From positions 102,364,001 through 102,428,000 of the forward strand of contig NW_024704742.1 in the NCBI RefSeq assembly GCF_018977255.1: a DNA stretch of 64,000 bases, written 5' to 3'. The notes beneath the pieces were generated by a model. The model made no database searches, was not told the origin of the DNA, and saw nothing but the letters and a program-made list of their open reading frames with translations. Each line of letters opens with the position of its first letter. Position 1 is the stretch's first letter. The stretch comes from Callorhinchus milii. Its lineage: Eukaryota. Position numbers and translations under genes: made by a program. Below are positions 45,501 through 58,748 of the stretch, one piece after another.

Positions 45501-47560
45501 AATATATTGTATCATATATTTCTGAACTAGAGAAGCTGAATTACAGTAACTGGCTAGTACTTGATTCATTTGTCCTGCAGCTCAAAGTAGACAACATGAT
45601 GCAATACATCTTATCCATGAGCATATGAGACAGATGAATCCCATTCTTCAGCCACAGTGAAGGCTGTTACTTTCCCTACCTTCCCTGCAGTGACAGTTTG
45701 TGATACCTTTTGTCTTTCTCGGTGGCTCCAGCTTGTTGTATGGTTTGCGGGGGAGGTTATTAGCTGGTGTTGATTCAGTCCTCTAAGTCTCTGGAGCTGG
45801 TTTGAATATGTAATGCATTTATTAATCATTTGTAGTGCAAAATGGCTGTCCCAGCGCACGGTTAGTCAATGTGATTAATGGTAATGGCTTCTTCAAAGGC
45901 TAGTGAGAGAGAGCTGTATAAGATAAATGGTAAATTGTGTAATGGAAAGAAGTATCTTTTCCAATATAAAACATCACCTATATTGTCCAGTTCTTTCTAC
46001 AGTGCAAAGCATAACATTGTCGGTAAAGTGCTCGGTGGACGGCTATATAGTGGAGCACCAACAGTGCAATGATTTTACTTTATGTGCAGGACAAGGCCTT
46101 GTTGCCATGGAAATTTGGTACAAAAGCAAACCCTGCAACTGCCAGCAGTTAAAAAAGGCCTCGAAAAGGCATTTGTTGCTTAGAACTTTGAGGCACAGAG
46201 GACTGGGAATTGAAGCATTCATGTCTCTTTAACTTGGACGGGGTGGGGGGAGAGACGATAAATTTGGTGCCACGGAAAAGCTCTATGCTAAATTCAGCAT
46301 TAACAGGGATTGTTTTCATTCAGGTTATGCAATGGATGAGCAAAAACAGTAAAACATCAGACTGGTTATTAACAGTGCACTGTTGAGCTGGTGGAGGAGA
46401 GCTCCTATGTTGTTGTATTGTTACTTGTAAGAAATGTCTCTGCATATCCTTACTTCTTCTGCAGTGGCATTATTGGTAACAGCAAACTTGATGGTGAACA
46501 GACCAAGCCCACACTTCCTTCTTTCTAATAAACGAAATGTCAAATTGAATCTTTACAACATCCTCGAGATGACCCAGTTCCCTTCTTGTTAAAGATGCAG
46601 CTGCCTAATCAGTAAGCATCTTACTGTCTCACTATTTATGAAGAGGAATGCCTTATCCTTCAATTTAATGTTTTACATTAGGAATGGAGCTGCATCCCTC
46701 AGCTCAGGCCTGTGATTTTGAAGAGCTAAAGGAAAACTCAAACTGCGGACGACCATATTCTTATCTGGTATTTTTTTCATCATACTCTCTGATATCCGCT
46801 GCAAAGCCAAGTCCTTTGTTATTAGAGAATTTGTGGAAACCACTCGCTGACTTGACTTTCATACTGTAAAATGCCTTTTGTTTAGCTTCATAAGACTTCC
46901 TTATCAGGATGGTCTACTGTAGATGGCTAAACAGATAGATGCTGTTAAATTGAGAACAAAGAATGCTGTACACTGCTCTCAAAGGATTAACTTTTGTCAG
47001 AAGCACTGTGAGTATTCAGTGCTACGCATTGCAAAGTGAGAACTGCCTGTTTTATCAAAACAGCTTCTGTCTCGCTGATATCTTTTGTTGCAAGTTTTCT
47101 TCTGAAAGCAACAATAACATACTGCCACTCTAGTGACAGCTTCGTGCCTCTGTAGACCATGTCCTCAAGCCCATAATAAATAAAAAATTATCACAGGGCC
47201 CATCCAGCTCTCTCATGTTTGATACATCCAAGAGAAGATGACAGCAAAGTAGTCCACTTTAACTCCAAAGACTTATTTCTAAAAATCATGACTGTAGAGG
47301 GATAAATATCACAAAACATCTTTTCAACTCCATCTCAGCATAGGCACCGTAGAGTTCTAGTTGTTGTACAACTACTTTAAATTTTATTCCCAGAATGTTA
47401 TTTTTACAGCTTCTTCGAGCATTTCACACTAAACTCATTCCAACAGCATTCACAATTCTTCCTGTAGCAAATGATTCTCCCAATATTTTATTTTAAAATT
47501 AACCTATTGTTTGTACACAAACTGTGGTTTCTTCTTGTGTTGAACAAAACGCAGATCAAC

Positions 47561-47608
47561 AATGTTAAGTGTATGTTTCACCATAATGTTAAGTGTATGT
47601 TTCACCAT
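47561..47608. repeat. Perfect 24-bp tandem duplication
   Basis: AATGTTAAGTGTATGTTTCACCAT x2. Confidence 0.95.
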
Positions 47609-47684
47609 ACAGTTCTTATTCAACTGAGTCCTTATGTAAAGTGATACAGCATAGAAATAGCCCATTTAGAAGCAGCTTGGATAA

Positions 47685-47835
47685 AGGCCATTTAGTCCCA
47701 AAAGTCTGTGTCGGTGCTAATACGCCACACGAGCCTCCACCCACCACTCCTATTCCTCTCTCCTTACCCTTATTCCCTTCTCCCTCCTGTATACATCAAG
47801 TCTTCTCTTAAGTACATTGATGCTATTTGTACAGT
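47685..47835 (-). mobile_element. CR1 3' fragment
   Basis: AGGCCATTTAGTCCCAAAAGTCTGTGTCGGTG...CACACGAGCCTCC is the reverse complement of the CR1 terminus seen at about 32970-33040. Confidence 0.65.
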
Positions 47836-48104
47836 TAATAACATGCCTCATTCATTAATCAGGCAGAAAGGTCAACCATCGAAATTGCCTTGAATTACTG
47901 GGACCTTCCTTGTTGTGGCATTTATGTTTCCTAGGAGCTAGTGCAACCACTGAGAGGCTCAACTTACCTCCTCTGTTACCCCCTTTCCCCCCTCCACACA
48001 TATTTTTGGACTTGATTCTCCATTCACCAACCTTGAAAATGTGAAGCATTAAGTGGGTCCACCAAGACCTTTCTGATGTCCTGTTGAATGCTCTAAGATG
48101 CTTT

Positions 48105-48310
48105 TCCGGGGGTGATAAATCCCTTCAAAGAAAATTAAGAATTTGGTTACTCAATCCACGACTGTTTGTGGGACACTGCTGTGCGCAATTGGCTGCCACG
48201 TTTTGGCCACAAAATATGCAGTCGATTCACTTTATAGTGTATTTTGTGAAACGCTTTGAGACATCTCGAAGATGTGATAAAGTGCTGTATCAAATGCAAG
48301 GATTATTAAC
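48105..48310 (+). mobile_element. Family-B SINE 3' part
   Basis: CTCAATCCACGACTGTTTGTGGGACACTGCTGTGCGCAATTGGCTGCC...TCAAATGCAAGGATTATT. Confidence 0.88.
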
Positions 48311-48355
48311 ATACGAGTTGTTTAGAATTTTCAATTTTCCAATACTTTATTATCC

Positions 48356-49095
48356 AATAATAATCCTTGTACTTGATATAGTGCCTTGGCTCCGGTCTGC
48401 TCCACATCCCCCGCCCCAACCGCCCTACTATCGGTGGCCGGGCCTTCAGCCTCTCAGCCCCGAGGCTCTGGAACTCCATCCCCCAGTGCCTTCGCCTTGC
48501 TTCCTCCCTTTCCTCCTTCAAGGCCGGTCTCAAAACCTTTCTCTTTGACCGTGCCTTCAGCTCCCCTCTCGACTCTCTTCCTCCTCCTCGCTCCCTCCCT
48601 TCCCTCCCCTCACCCTGACCATTTCCCCCTCCTCTCTCCCTCCCTTCCCTCCCCTCACCCTGACCATTTCCCCCCTGCTCGGGTCATGACCCAACTGTGC
48701 AGCGCCTTGGGACGTCCTCCTGACGTGAAAGGCGCTCTATAAATGGAATCTTGTTGTTGTTGTTGTTGTTGCCTTATCATGTCGTTGAGATGTCTCAAAG
48801 CACTTCACGGAATATACTATAAAGTGCAGCAATTGTGTATTTTGTGGGTGAAACACGGCACTCAATTGTGCACACCAATTTCTCACAAATAGTTGTGGAT
48901 TGAGTGACCAAATTATAATTTTTTTTTGGAGGGATTGTTACCTCTGGAAAAGCGATCCACCAATCAACTAACAACTGGGTTCCTACCTATTGCTAGGTAA
49001 ACAGAAGCACGTGGAGTAAGGAAACTTTCCTAAGATTTCGCCCCACCCAGGAATTGAACCAGGGTCCTCTCACTTGCGAGGTGAGCGTGCAAACT
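48356..49095 (-). mobile_element. Full-length older long-form family-B SINE split by an L2
   Basis: Tail 48356-48387, resuming at 48770. Intact CORE-like segment about 48945-49040; head ...GGAATTGAACC...ACTACAGGACTCCAC. Confidence 0.9.
48388..48770 (+). mobile_element. Young L2 3' end with TSD and an internal tandem duplication of about 45 bp
   Basis: TSD TGCCTT (48382-48387, 48770-48775); CTCCCTCCCTTCCCTCCCCTCACCCTGACCATTTCCCCC occurs twice (about 48591-48675); (TTG)n tail. Confidence 0.93.
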
Positions 49096-49179
49096 ACAAT
49101 ACTACAGGACTCCACAATGTAATATAATCCATAATATTAATATTATGATTTCCAATATTATGTGATCCAGGCTCATGTG

Positions 49180-49530
49180 TGTCCGTCTAGCTCAATTGGT
49201 AATACTTTGGTCTCTGCGTCAAAAGTTAGTGGGACTTTAGGACTTTGGACCCATATAGTCTATGTTGACACTCCAATTCAGTGCTGGGGGTGTCCTGCAT
49301 TATCAGAAGTGATGTTAAACTGAGGTCCCATCTGCCTGTCCAGATGGATGTTAAAGATCCCACGGTACTGTTTGAAAAGAATAGTGTCTTGGCCAACAAT
49401 TCCCCAAATAAAATTTGTCACTCACTCCCCGGCTGTTTGTGAGACATTGCTGTGTGCAAATTGGCTGCTGTATTCACCCACAAAATATACACAGTCACAC
49501 CACTTTAGAGTATATCCTTTGAAGCGATGT
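49180..49530 (+). mobile_element. Deu-domain SINE
   Basis: Head TAGCTCAATTGGTAATAC...; core GATGTTAAACTGAGGTCCCATCTGCCTGTCCAGATGGATGTTAAAGATCCCACGG. Confidence 0.85.
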
Positions 49531-49719
49531 TCTTTTAGTCTTTGAAATGGATTGCTGCTAAAATCTTTGTGAAAACTTCTGCGTTAGTGTAGTCATGCAC
49601 AAAAAGATAGAATACTTTAGTTCTAGGATGAAGGATACACCATTCTATGTTGTTGCCTGGTTATGGATTAGTTTAGTGGAGCCCTGGTGTCAGGCACTTT
49701 TCTCTCTTTGGCAAAATAA

Positions 49720-49848
49720 AGCTAGCAATTTTGTAGCAGTTCCCCTACAAAATACACACTTACCACAGTTTACAGTAAATCCTGTGAAGTGCTTTGAGAT
49801 GTCGACCTGACGTGAAAGGCACTATATCAAATGCAGTGATTATTTATT
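49720..49848 (+). mobile_element. SINE 3' fragment
   Basis: TTTACAGTAAATCCTGTGAAGTGCTTTGAGATGTCGACCTGACGTGAAAGGCACTATATCAAATGCA. Confidence 0.75.
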
Positions 49849-52162
49849 TCTGTTCCTTCACACAGAGAATTGAGAACAAGCATCTCTCTGAATTGCCACC
49901 TGAGTTTCTGTTCAATCAGATATACAGGCAGTCATGGGCTGAGGACTGTATTGCATGATCAGGGTAGTAAAAGATAGCTACTACATTACAGTAATAGTCT
50001 AGTACCATGAAGATTCAACAGGTTAATATCTTCAAAAGACAGAGTTGAAAAGAAAATGTTTTGTGTGCGGTCTCCAGAGCAGCCTACCTACGGAAGAAGG
50101 CACATCGAAGCCTGAAGCCCAATGCAACGGCTGAACTATTTTCCCAACTGAGTTTCCTTCTGCCTGAGAAACAGCCCAAATCAAACCACTTCACATCACA
50201 AGACTTTGCTGCAGTATCCGATAGTATCGCATCATTTCTTTCTTACAAATAAACACCTTGAATTTACTTTCCAGTGAACTCTGCGACTTGAATTGTAGGC
50301 ATCTTTTGCTTGAAAGGTCAAGAGCATGTTATTCTGCTTGGATGGAGCTTTATTGGCAGGATTGTGTTTCAGATGAGATGCTCTAATTCATGCACTAATT
50401 GCCAGTTACTCATAAGCATGAAAACCTCCAGTGGTGCTTACTGAGTCATGACCGTCCCCTACATGCATTTTAAACCCTCTGGAGTACACTGAGCTCAGTT
50501 TGGATTCATGCCATTTTGGTGCTTGTGCCATTCTCACATATTTGGAATTGTAATCGCTAGATTTTTAGATATTATTCAGTACTAAAATGTATATTTTGTT
50601 ATATACATGATAAGTCAATGCTGAAATTTAGCTTCAAAGGGAAAGACGAGAGAGAAACGGAGCAAAGGACTCTTGGAAGATTTTCAAACTCCTTCATGCT
50701 CTGATTAGTAGATTCACTTCAATCCAATAGCTCCTGGACTAGCTGGGCCAAGGTTATGCTTTGTAAATTAATGGCATTGACAGTTATACATTAATAGAAC
50801 AAAGTTACATTTTCTGCTTAATGAGGTGGTACAATGGATTTAATATCTAAACATGAAACACTTCGACAGCGGTGGTTTTGCTGGTGACAAGTTAAAGGCG
50901 GTGCTACAGTGCCCCACATGGAGAGGGCAGGGAGGCAATGCAATGATGGGAGTAGTTGGAACAGCCTAAAGTGTTGCTGTAGCAGCAGGATTCTTTCACT
51001 CACATGTCCTGCCAGCCAACAGCGATTGCTGCAATGAAGATACTTTTGAAACTCATATTGAAGCATTCCTCCAGTAACACAGCTGGTAAAGAAAAATAGA
51101 AACCTGCAGTCATGAAACCAGGTTTTATTTCTCTGGCCTATATTGAGCTAGTTGATCCCAGCTGGTGTTGTTAATATGGACATTAAAATAGGTCTTTCCT
51201 CCTGATGGTACTAAATCATGCAAGTGATTCTTGTGCATCAGGTTTCTTTAGCTTTAGCTTTCAATTTGTATATAAACATAATGCAATTTACATTTATATA
51301 GCGCCTTTCACGTTGGGAAGGCATTGACGAATACAACTGGATAGAAAAATGGCACTTGTGTGCAGAGGTGCCAATACAGTGTAATATGGACTAGGAAGAT
51401 GTGGGCTCATGGCCTGTGACTTGCCATATACTGAATTCCTAGAACCATATAAATTATTGCACAGAAGCAGGCCTTTCAGCCCATTAAACCTAGGCTGATG
51501 CTACCAACAGCTATGGAGCTATAAATGAGAATCCAGAATCATTTTAAATGCTATTGTAGTCTTTGCTTCAATAATCATTGTGACAAAGCAAAGCAGTCTA
51601 TTTTCTCATATCTGTCTGGATCAAAAAAGTCTCACATTTTTGAACTCACAGTGCAAGCTGATATTCCAGTGCAGAATCTTTTAGGTGCTTTGGAATTCTC
51701 CCGTTTGCAACAGATCAAAAAATAATAGGTTTGATGGGTTAAGGGGCCTTTTTTTTTTCTTTTTTGTTTTCTTAAGTATTCTGTGAAAAATATTCAAATG
51801 GGAGCTGGTCTCAGTGGAGTTGCATAGTGACAAAACACCTGTTAGTGTTAATTGCACAATATAATATCTTGATTAAATATTTTCCAACAGTAAATAAGAG
51901 TGTAATAATACAGTGCTGTCACATCATTAAACTGCTAAGTAATGCTTCATTAGTGTAATGTAGGAAAATTAGAGCAATATATCACCATGTCAGGAAACTT
52001 TCAGAGCCTCACATCATGCAGTACAATGCTGGTCTAGCACCTGTCTGCTGAATGTCACAGTAAATCACCATGCTGATATGGTGATGTTGTCTTAAACTGA
52101 AAACAAAAATGAGTTGCACGATTCACTGGTTTGTCTCAGTAGGGTTGCATAAGTGTTCACTA

Positions 52163-52325
52163 TTAATAATAATAATCCTTGGATTTGATATAAAGACTTA
52201 TCATGACTTCGAGACGTTTCAAAACGCTTCACAGGATATAAAGTGAATTTTGTGTACGAAACGTGGCAGCCAATTGTGCACAGTAGTGTCCCACAAACAG
52301 TTGTGGATTGAGTGACCAAATTATT
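52163..52325 (-). mobile_element. SINE 3' part
   Basis: (AAT)n-CCTTGGATTTGATATA...GGCAGCCAATTGTGCACAGTAGTGTCCCACAAACAGTTGTGGATTGAGTGACCAAA. Confidence 0.88.
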
Positions 52326-54234
52326 AATATTTTTTATTTATTTGATGCTGCCAAATTTATTTATTTGATGCTATTCATTGATGCTGGCAAACATTTTGCT
52401 CTGTGCATATAATGAAAGTCCTATTCTAAGTGTGCAGTGGAAGGTTTGCTGAAGCTAACAGTCTGAATGAAGCACACTACATTTTGGATAAGTTTTTTTC
52501 TGAACAAAGGTGCATTGAACACTATATTAATTGAATGACTCCGAACTGAAGAAATCACGGAATGATTGGCCTGGCAGTAGAGGGGAGTGTGAATTGTACC
52601 TAAAGGCCTCTAACTGTGAATGCAAAATTTATTTTATAAAGTGTAATTTGCAATGTTTGCAAAGGGGTAATCTGAGCAAACCTTGGGGGTGGAGGGAGGG
52701 GGTAGCAGAGGGGGGTACTGGAACCTGAGAGGATCAGACTGAGGTTGGGGATTTCTGAAAACCACCAAAGCACAAACAAATATGGAAAACAAATCGTATG
52801 GCACTGGAGAGATGGCTTTTTGCTCTCTGGCCCTTTTTGTGTTTTGAACTTTATGCCTGAAACTTTACCTCGTCTTAGACTATAAGAACACTTTGTAGAG
52901 TTGTAGAAATGTTTTTAATTCAGACTGAACTTAAGCCAGTTTTCCACAGCTCTTCAGAAGAACCAATTCCCAACATTTTTGAGTGTATTGAAGAATTTTG
53001 CTCAATCTATTTTAAAAATCAATTTTAGAAATGAAACATCTTACAGACTAAGACTAGGTGGATTTTAGGACTGGCTGCAGGTTTCTCATTCATTGTAAAT
53101 AATACAGACTGGACCCTCTTGCTATGCTGTAAAGGCTGTCTCCTCCTCAGAGCCGCTTTGCTTATGCTCCTGTGCTATGTTACCTGCATGGTGCTAAGGT
53201 AAGGTCAAATGTTCAGCAATGTTTGAATGGAAATGTGAATTCCTTATGCTTCACGGGAAAGGGGGACATTGATGTAATGAGCACTCTGATTGTCCTGTTT
53301 GATTCCGGTCAGGAAAGTGATTTTGAAGGTAGCAGCATTTACACCCCGATGGAGCATGAAATAGAAATCTCTCAAGAGCAAGTGCAGGCACAAGCAACAT
53401 TAACAAACCGCTTCTTTGTGTGGCAAAAATCAATGATAAAATGCAAACAAAGTTTCCAAGGTTCACGGAGCGAGCCTGAGCATCTGTGACTCAATGCACG
53501 GTGATGTGAGGCAGGGGTTCATCTTCAGTTTATGTTCCCTGTCTGGGAGGAAAAGGACATCTCCTGATTTACAACTTGTGGCTCGATTGCACTGATTTGC
53601 CTAGCTGGAGTTTCTACAAAAGAAATGTCTGCCAGCCCAAATCCTTTAGCAGATAATATTTCTCCAGTTATGCTGAGCCCGACTTTCCAGAAGGCAGAGA
53701 GCAGCATTTATTGCTGTCTGTACATGCGGTAAACCTCTTACTGTCCAATTTGCTGACGTTTCCCCCAGTGATCGTAAAAAGAAAAAGCTGTGTACATTTC
53801 CAGTCACCATGTTCCGTCATGGAAATTTTCTCAAGACAAGAAGCCTCTTTAGGCTATTTTGCCTTATGCTTCCCGAACATTCTCACATCTTTTCATTACA
53901 AAATCAAGTTCTTAAATTAGTCGAGTGTCTTCCCCTTTACCACCTTTCCTGGTAACCTATTCCAGCAATTACTTACCTTCTGTGTAATAATTATTATCAT
54001 ATATAGATAATCCCGATACCTGTCTAAAAAGCTCTTCACAACCTTCAACATATAGCCTGATGTAAAGTCACAGAAAACTCAAGTCCTTACATAGTTTAAT
54101 CCGACCTGAAGTCCTTTTAAAACTCATCAATCACCTTTTACTGCCTCTTCCTCCTTACTATTATAATTTTCCAATGAAATGCTCATTAGCGTCATTGAAA
54201 TGTGTATCAAGGTTTCAGGGTTGACATTTGTACT

Positions 54235-54608
54235 GTACAGGTGTAGTTTAGAATGTAGTGACTGGATTTTGTAGCTGAATGCAACAGTCAATTTTGTGCA
54301 CAGTAGTGTCCCACAAACAGCCAAGTAGTTCATGACCAATTTTATTTTGGTGCATTGTTCGCCAGAACAAAGGGTGAAACTCTCTTCTCTTTTCAGTAGT
54401 ACCCATGGGATCTTTAGTCTGTCTGAACTGGTAGAATTCGGTTTAAGCCCATCATCTAAAGGATGGCACCTTCAACAATCCAGAACGCTCCCAGCACTGC
54501 ATTGGAGTCTCAGCCTAGAGAATGTGCTTAAAATGCGATGTGGGGCTTGAGCCCACAACCTTATAACTCAGAGAAGCGAGGGTGCTACAACTGAGCCAGG
54601 CTGACACA
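54235..54608 (-). mobile_element. Deu-domain SINE with an intact tRNA head
   Basis: CCCATGGGATCTTTAG...GGTTTAAGCCCATCATCTAAAGGATGGCACC...GTGGGGCTTGAGCCCACAACCTTATAACTCAGAG...ACTGAGCCAGGCTGACAC. Confidence 0.85.
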
Positions 54609-56174
54609 TTGGAATGCGTTAGATGTCAGTGAAAGAAATCCATCAGCTCCATACCTGACATCAGGCATCTGTTAGTGTTGGTAGAAGAACAGGAAGGTTT
54701 AAGATGCATCCTCTTTGAAGTAGGCACTAAACGTAAAAAGAGAAGAGAGCAGGGATGTGTTTTTCTCCTGGGGCAGCTTCAAACAGGTGGCAACTGGATG
54801 GGGGGGTCACAGGTAGATCTATTTACACAAGGGATATATCATATTATTGCAACTATGTGTGCCATTTCCACAGGGCAAAAGCGGCTGCTCTCATTCTGTC
54901 TATTCTGGGTGGATGAGACTGTACAGTATTATGTTTAGGTAGAGCTCAATACAACCAGACATTTCTGGCCAAAATTGGATTGGGAATTTGCATTAGATTC
55001 TTAATTAAGACAGAAAAGCATTCACTGTCTTTGCACGTGCAACTAAGATGTGCTTTTATATACGTTTGGCAGATAATCCACCAGAATTAATCTTCTTCAT
55101 GTAGCGTTACAGAACATCTAAAATTTGCCAAATTCTTAAATGCAACTTTAATTTTGAAGCCAGTTTTCTGTAACTTCTTTGAAGAGCCAAATAAAACTGA
55201 TTTAAAGTTAAGACTGAATTCCATGGTTTCTATTATAAAGTAAATCTCAACCCAAGTAGGATTTCTCTCCAGTTAGGAAAATAGGAATGTCCAGGACTGG
55301 AAATGACTACTGTTGTCCATCTAGCTCAAAGTAAAAAATCAAAAATAATGAAATTGAATCTATCCCTTATAACCCTGAATTGGATTCTGGATCAAATAGC
55401 ATCTAATGCCCCCTTGAAGTTGTTGATCCAATCTACCACTGCACAGTTAGGGATTAGTGCTGGTGATCTTAATCTTTGTCCATATTAATTTAACCTAAAT
55501 ACTAACCTCCTCCGCCTCCACTACTTAGGGGAATTGCTTTGATTGAAATGGAGATTTCAGTGGGACAAGAAGAGGTATCACCTTGAGTGATGCCACAAAC
55601 CAATATCTCAGAATAGCAGAAGTAATGAAACTGCCAGATGTGTGTTCTCTCTCTCAATAGTGTCATGTTTAAAGTAGCATTCCCATTAATTGGAAGGTGA
55701 GGTCCAGGCAAAATGAGTTGGTGTATTCCAAGCCAGGCTGTGTGATGCTGCTCGATCTCTCTGTTTCCCAGCAAAATTGACAAGGCTGTGTCACTAGAGC
55801 TAGAAAAAAAACTAGTGTGGAATGAAATGCGGAGGTTCTTTTTCCGTCTGTATTTGACATATCTGAGGTTCTTTTTCCCTATTATCTTCCCTTTCTACAC
55901 TAAGACACGCATACTGCTGAGCCAAGAAAAAAGTTACCCTGTTCCTGGCTCCTTCTCTTGCCTCCTTCAGTTTTGCACTGCTGCCAGTTATATTTATAAC
56001 ACAGGTATTAACTATCTCCTCAGAGATGACAACCACTACCATACCCCCTTCCCTGGCAAAAATAGGTCTTGTGTATTATTGGAGCGCATAAAGAGGTCAC
56101 AACCACAATGCTCTGATTTCTTCATGTAGACTTGGTTTATTTTTCAAGGAGCAACAAAATGGACTTAATGCCCA

Positions 56175-56400
56175 GGGCATTCTTAACGCCACTCCTATCT
56201 CCCTCCTCTCTGCGCTCACCTCAACCTCTTTCCTCACCTCACTCTGGTCCTCACTACCTATCCTCACCGTCCTCCCTCCCTGAACTCCCTCCCTGAACTC
56301 CCTCCCCTGTCCTCACTCACTCCCTGTCCTCGGCTCCATTTCCAGACTCGCCTTCAATGAGATGATCTCCTCCTACTTCTCCCCTTCCGTTTCTCTCTCT
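56175..56400 (+). mobile_element. Probable decayed L2 5'/endonuclease-region fragment
   Basis: C/T-rich block with composition and motifs similar to 21690-21900; no clean frame. Confidence 0.4.
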
Positions 56401-57231
56401 AAAAGCACTGTCAAGCACATAGTTCATCTGGAATAATTTATACACATGGATTTGAGTGCCATCACACTCAGCGATTTAATACTTTATTTAAATTAGTTCT
56501 GCTTGATATGAGGGTCACATTTGTTGAAGCATATCTGACAATCACTATCGATGAATAGATGGCTGTCCAGATATCACTTTAAAAATTAATTTCTATTTGA
56601 TGATAGTCACAATTGGTTACGCTTGTGTTTGAGACATAACAAAGTAAGAGAAATGCTCTGAAGTAATGGAACTCAGATGAAAATCAGGAACCAGCATCAC
56701 AGCACTAAAATTATTGACAGAAAAATACTGTCACCATTTCATCTTATTATTAAAGGTTGAGAGAGAGACAGCTCGCAGTCACCTGTGTTCCATCCTGCTA
56801 GCAGACAGCTTCTTTCAATTAATGTCTATCTGACACCAATGAAATATTTGCATAAATCTAGCTACTCCTTTCTCAGCCTTCAGCTAGCATCAGCACCATT
56901 TTTCTGCCATAGAGCTTGCTTTGAGTGGGAGGCACTGTATACTCTCTGTGCAACAGTAAATAAACTGCTCTCTTCCTTTTAATGTCATTGGCAACTTTTA
57001 CTGCCCCTTCCTCTTTAATTCAACATTGAATAGATTGAAGGCCTTTGCCCACCACAGGTAGTAGTTACCATGGTGTTTGGGGGAAGGAAGAAAGATTGGC
57101 CGCAAAAGACTCAGTCTCTGAAGGTGGCTGAGAGCAGGTCAAGCTTGGAAATGTAAGCAGGAAATAACCGGTTGTATGGGTTGCCTGAATTGGTATCTGA
57201 TTTGTACATTAAACACATTTCATCCGATGAT

Positions 57232-57348
57232 CATTTCATTCACAAAATATATAGTAATTCAATTTACAGTATATTCTGTGAAGCACTTTGAGTTGTCTCA
57301 AAGATGTGATAAGGCACTATAACAAATGCAATGATTATCACTATTATT
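57232..57348 (+). mobile_element. SINE 3' fragment
   Basis: TTTACAGTATATTCTGTGAAGCACTTTGAGTTGTCTCAAAGATGTGATAAGGCACTATAACAAATGCAATGATTAT. Confidence 0.78.
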
Positions 57349-58394
57349 TCACCGAGTCTTAGCCTGAAAGACTGTTTTCATCAAACCAAAGACCAGAATT
57401 TTGGAAAATTCTTAAATTCAATAATTTGGAAACCAGTTTTCAACAGTTTTTAAAAGAGAATCAGGATCTAGATTATGACTGAATTTAAGCATTTTCCATA
57501 ATTCTGACCTTTTTAAAAATTTTAAGGGAAAGCAATCTTACAGGCTAAGATAAGATGGAATTCGGGGGGACAAACATCCAAAAGAACCATAAACATCTCC
57601 ATAATTTTGAAGAGAGAATATCTTTTTTCTAAGACTGCTTCAATCTCTATCACATATCGTTAGCAAAAGATTCCTGAATACAGCTATGCAGGGTAACTAA
57701 TAATATGTAAAATTCCTAAAATATTCCCTGTAGTTTCCTGCGGACTATACTTGATGCATCATTGCTTTTATGAACCCATTAGCAAAAAGTTTCTACCTTT
57801 TGGCATGTTGCTGCCTGTCAGTTATTGGGAACCTGGAGTGTTGTAACCCAGAATGCTGCACACTTTTGAACTTAATACTTGGATAATCTTGCATTATTTA
57901 AACCTTCTCCAAAAACTTGACGAAAAGGCTATTATTTTTTAATGTTCAGGCCACAATTGCCCAGTTTAATGTGTCCACTGCTTAAAAATGTACCTTTCAT
58001 ATTGGATTCTAAATCAGTCGTCAGGTGTCTTCAGAGCAAGTTAACAGAGTGCATCCCACTGCTGCTATGGCTTGTGCACTTTTTTCAAATTAATCGGTTT
58101 TCCTGAGCTGTGCTTGTAAACTGTAAAGAAAAATAATTAGACCTATGGAGCACCCACTGTGCCCACAATGATCTGTGCCACAGAGCTCGGAAACCTGGGT
58201 CAGCCGTTACTGATGAGTAAAACAAAGTCATTTTTGAGTAAGGTGTGTGATATCCGTGACTTATTCTTGGAACGTTTTGATTTTATGAATTCAGACTTAG
58301 AATTTCAAATCCAAATTGATACTCGTCTTCTTCCGAAGTGTGAAGATCAAGTGAATGATCCATGTACCTGTATAAGATGATGGGAGGCTTAGCT

Positions 58395-58745
58395 AAGGTG
58401 GACAAGGAAAGATTTTTTCCAGTGGTCAGAAAGGTCTAGAATTAGAGGGCATAGTTTTTAAATCATAACTGGGAGGTCCAGAATGGAGGTTAGGAGGAAC
58501 TTTTTCCACACAGAGAATGGGTGGTGGGAGTGTGGAATTCTCTGCCACAGTCAGTTGTTGGAGGTGGGTGGGCAACCATATACCCACTCAAAAAGAGACT
58601 GGACACTTGGTTAAGGGATAATAAAGTTATGTGGAAAAGACCGTGATATGGGACGAGGGATAGGATTTAGGTTGGGCACTCGTGTGCATTATAAACAGTG
58701 GCCCATTTATTAGGCTAAATGGCCTGTTTCTGAGCTGTGCCTTCT
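58395..58745 (+). mobile_element. CR1 3' end
   Basis: TCTAGAATTAGAGGGCATAGTTTT (SR.RGHSF), AGGAGGAACTTTTTC, GTGTGGAATTCTCTGCC and terminal GGCTAAATGGCCTGTTTCTGAGCTGT. Confidence 0.85.
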
Positions 58746-58748
58746 ATA

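Noticed and set aside
47561..47608. 24-bp tandem duplication as a functional array
   Set aside because: Only two units; an ordinary slippage duplication.
53172..53489. 105-aa ORF with an acidic patch (possible transposase N-terminus)
   Set aside because: No catalytic motifs, TIRs or splice context that I can support.
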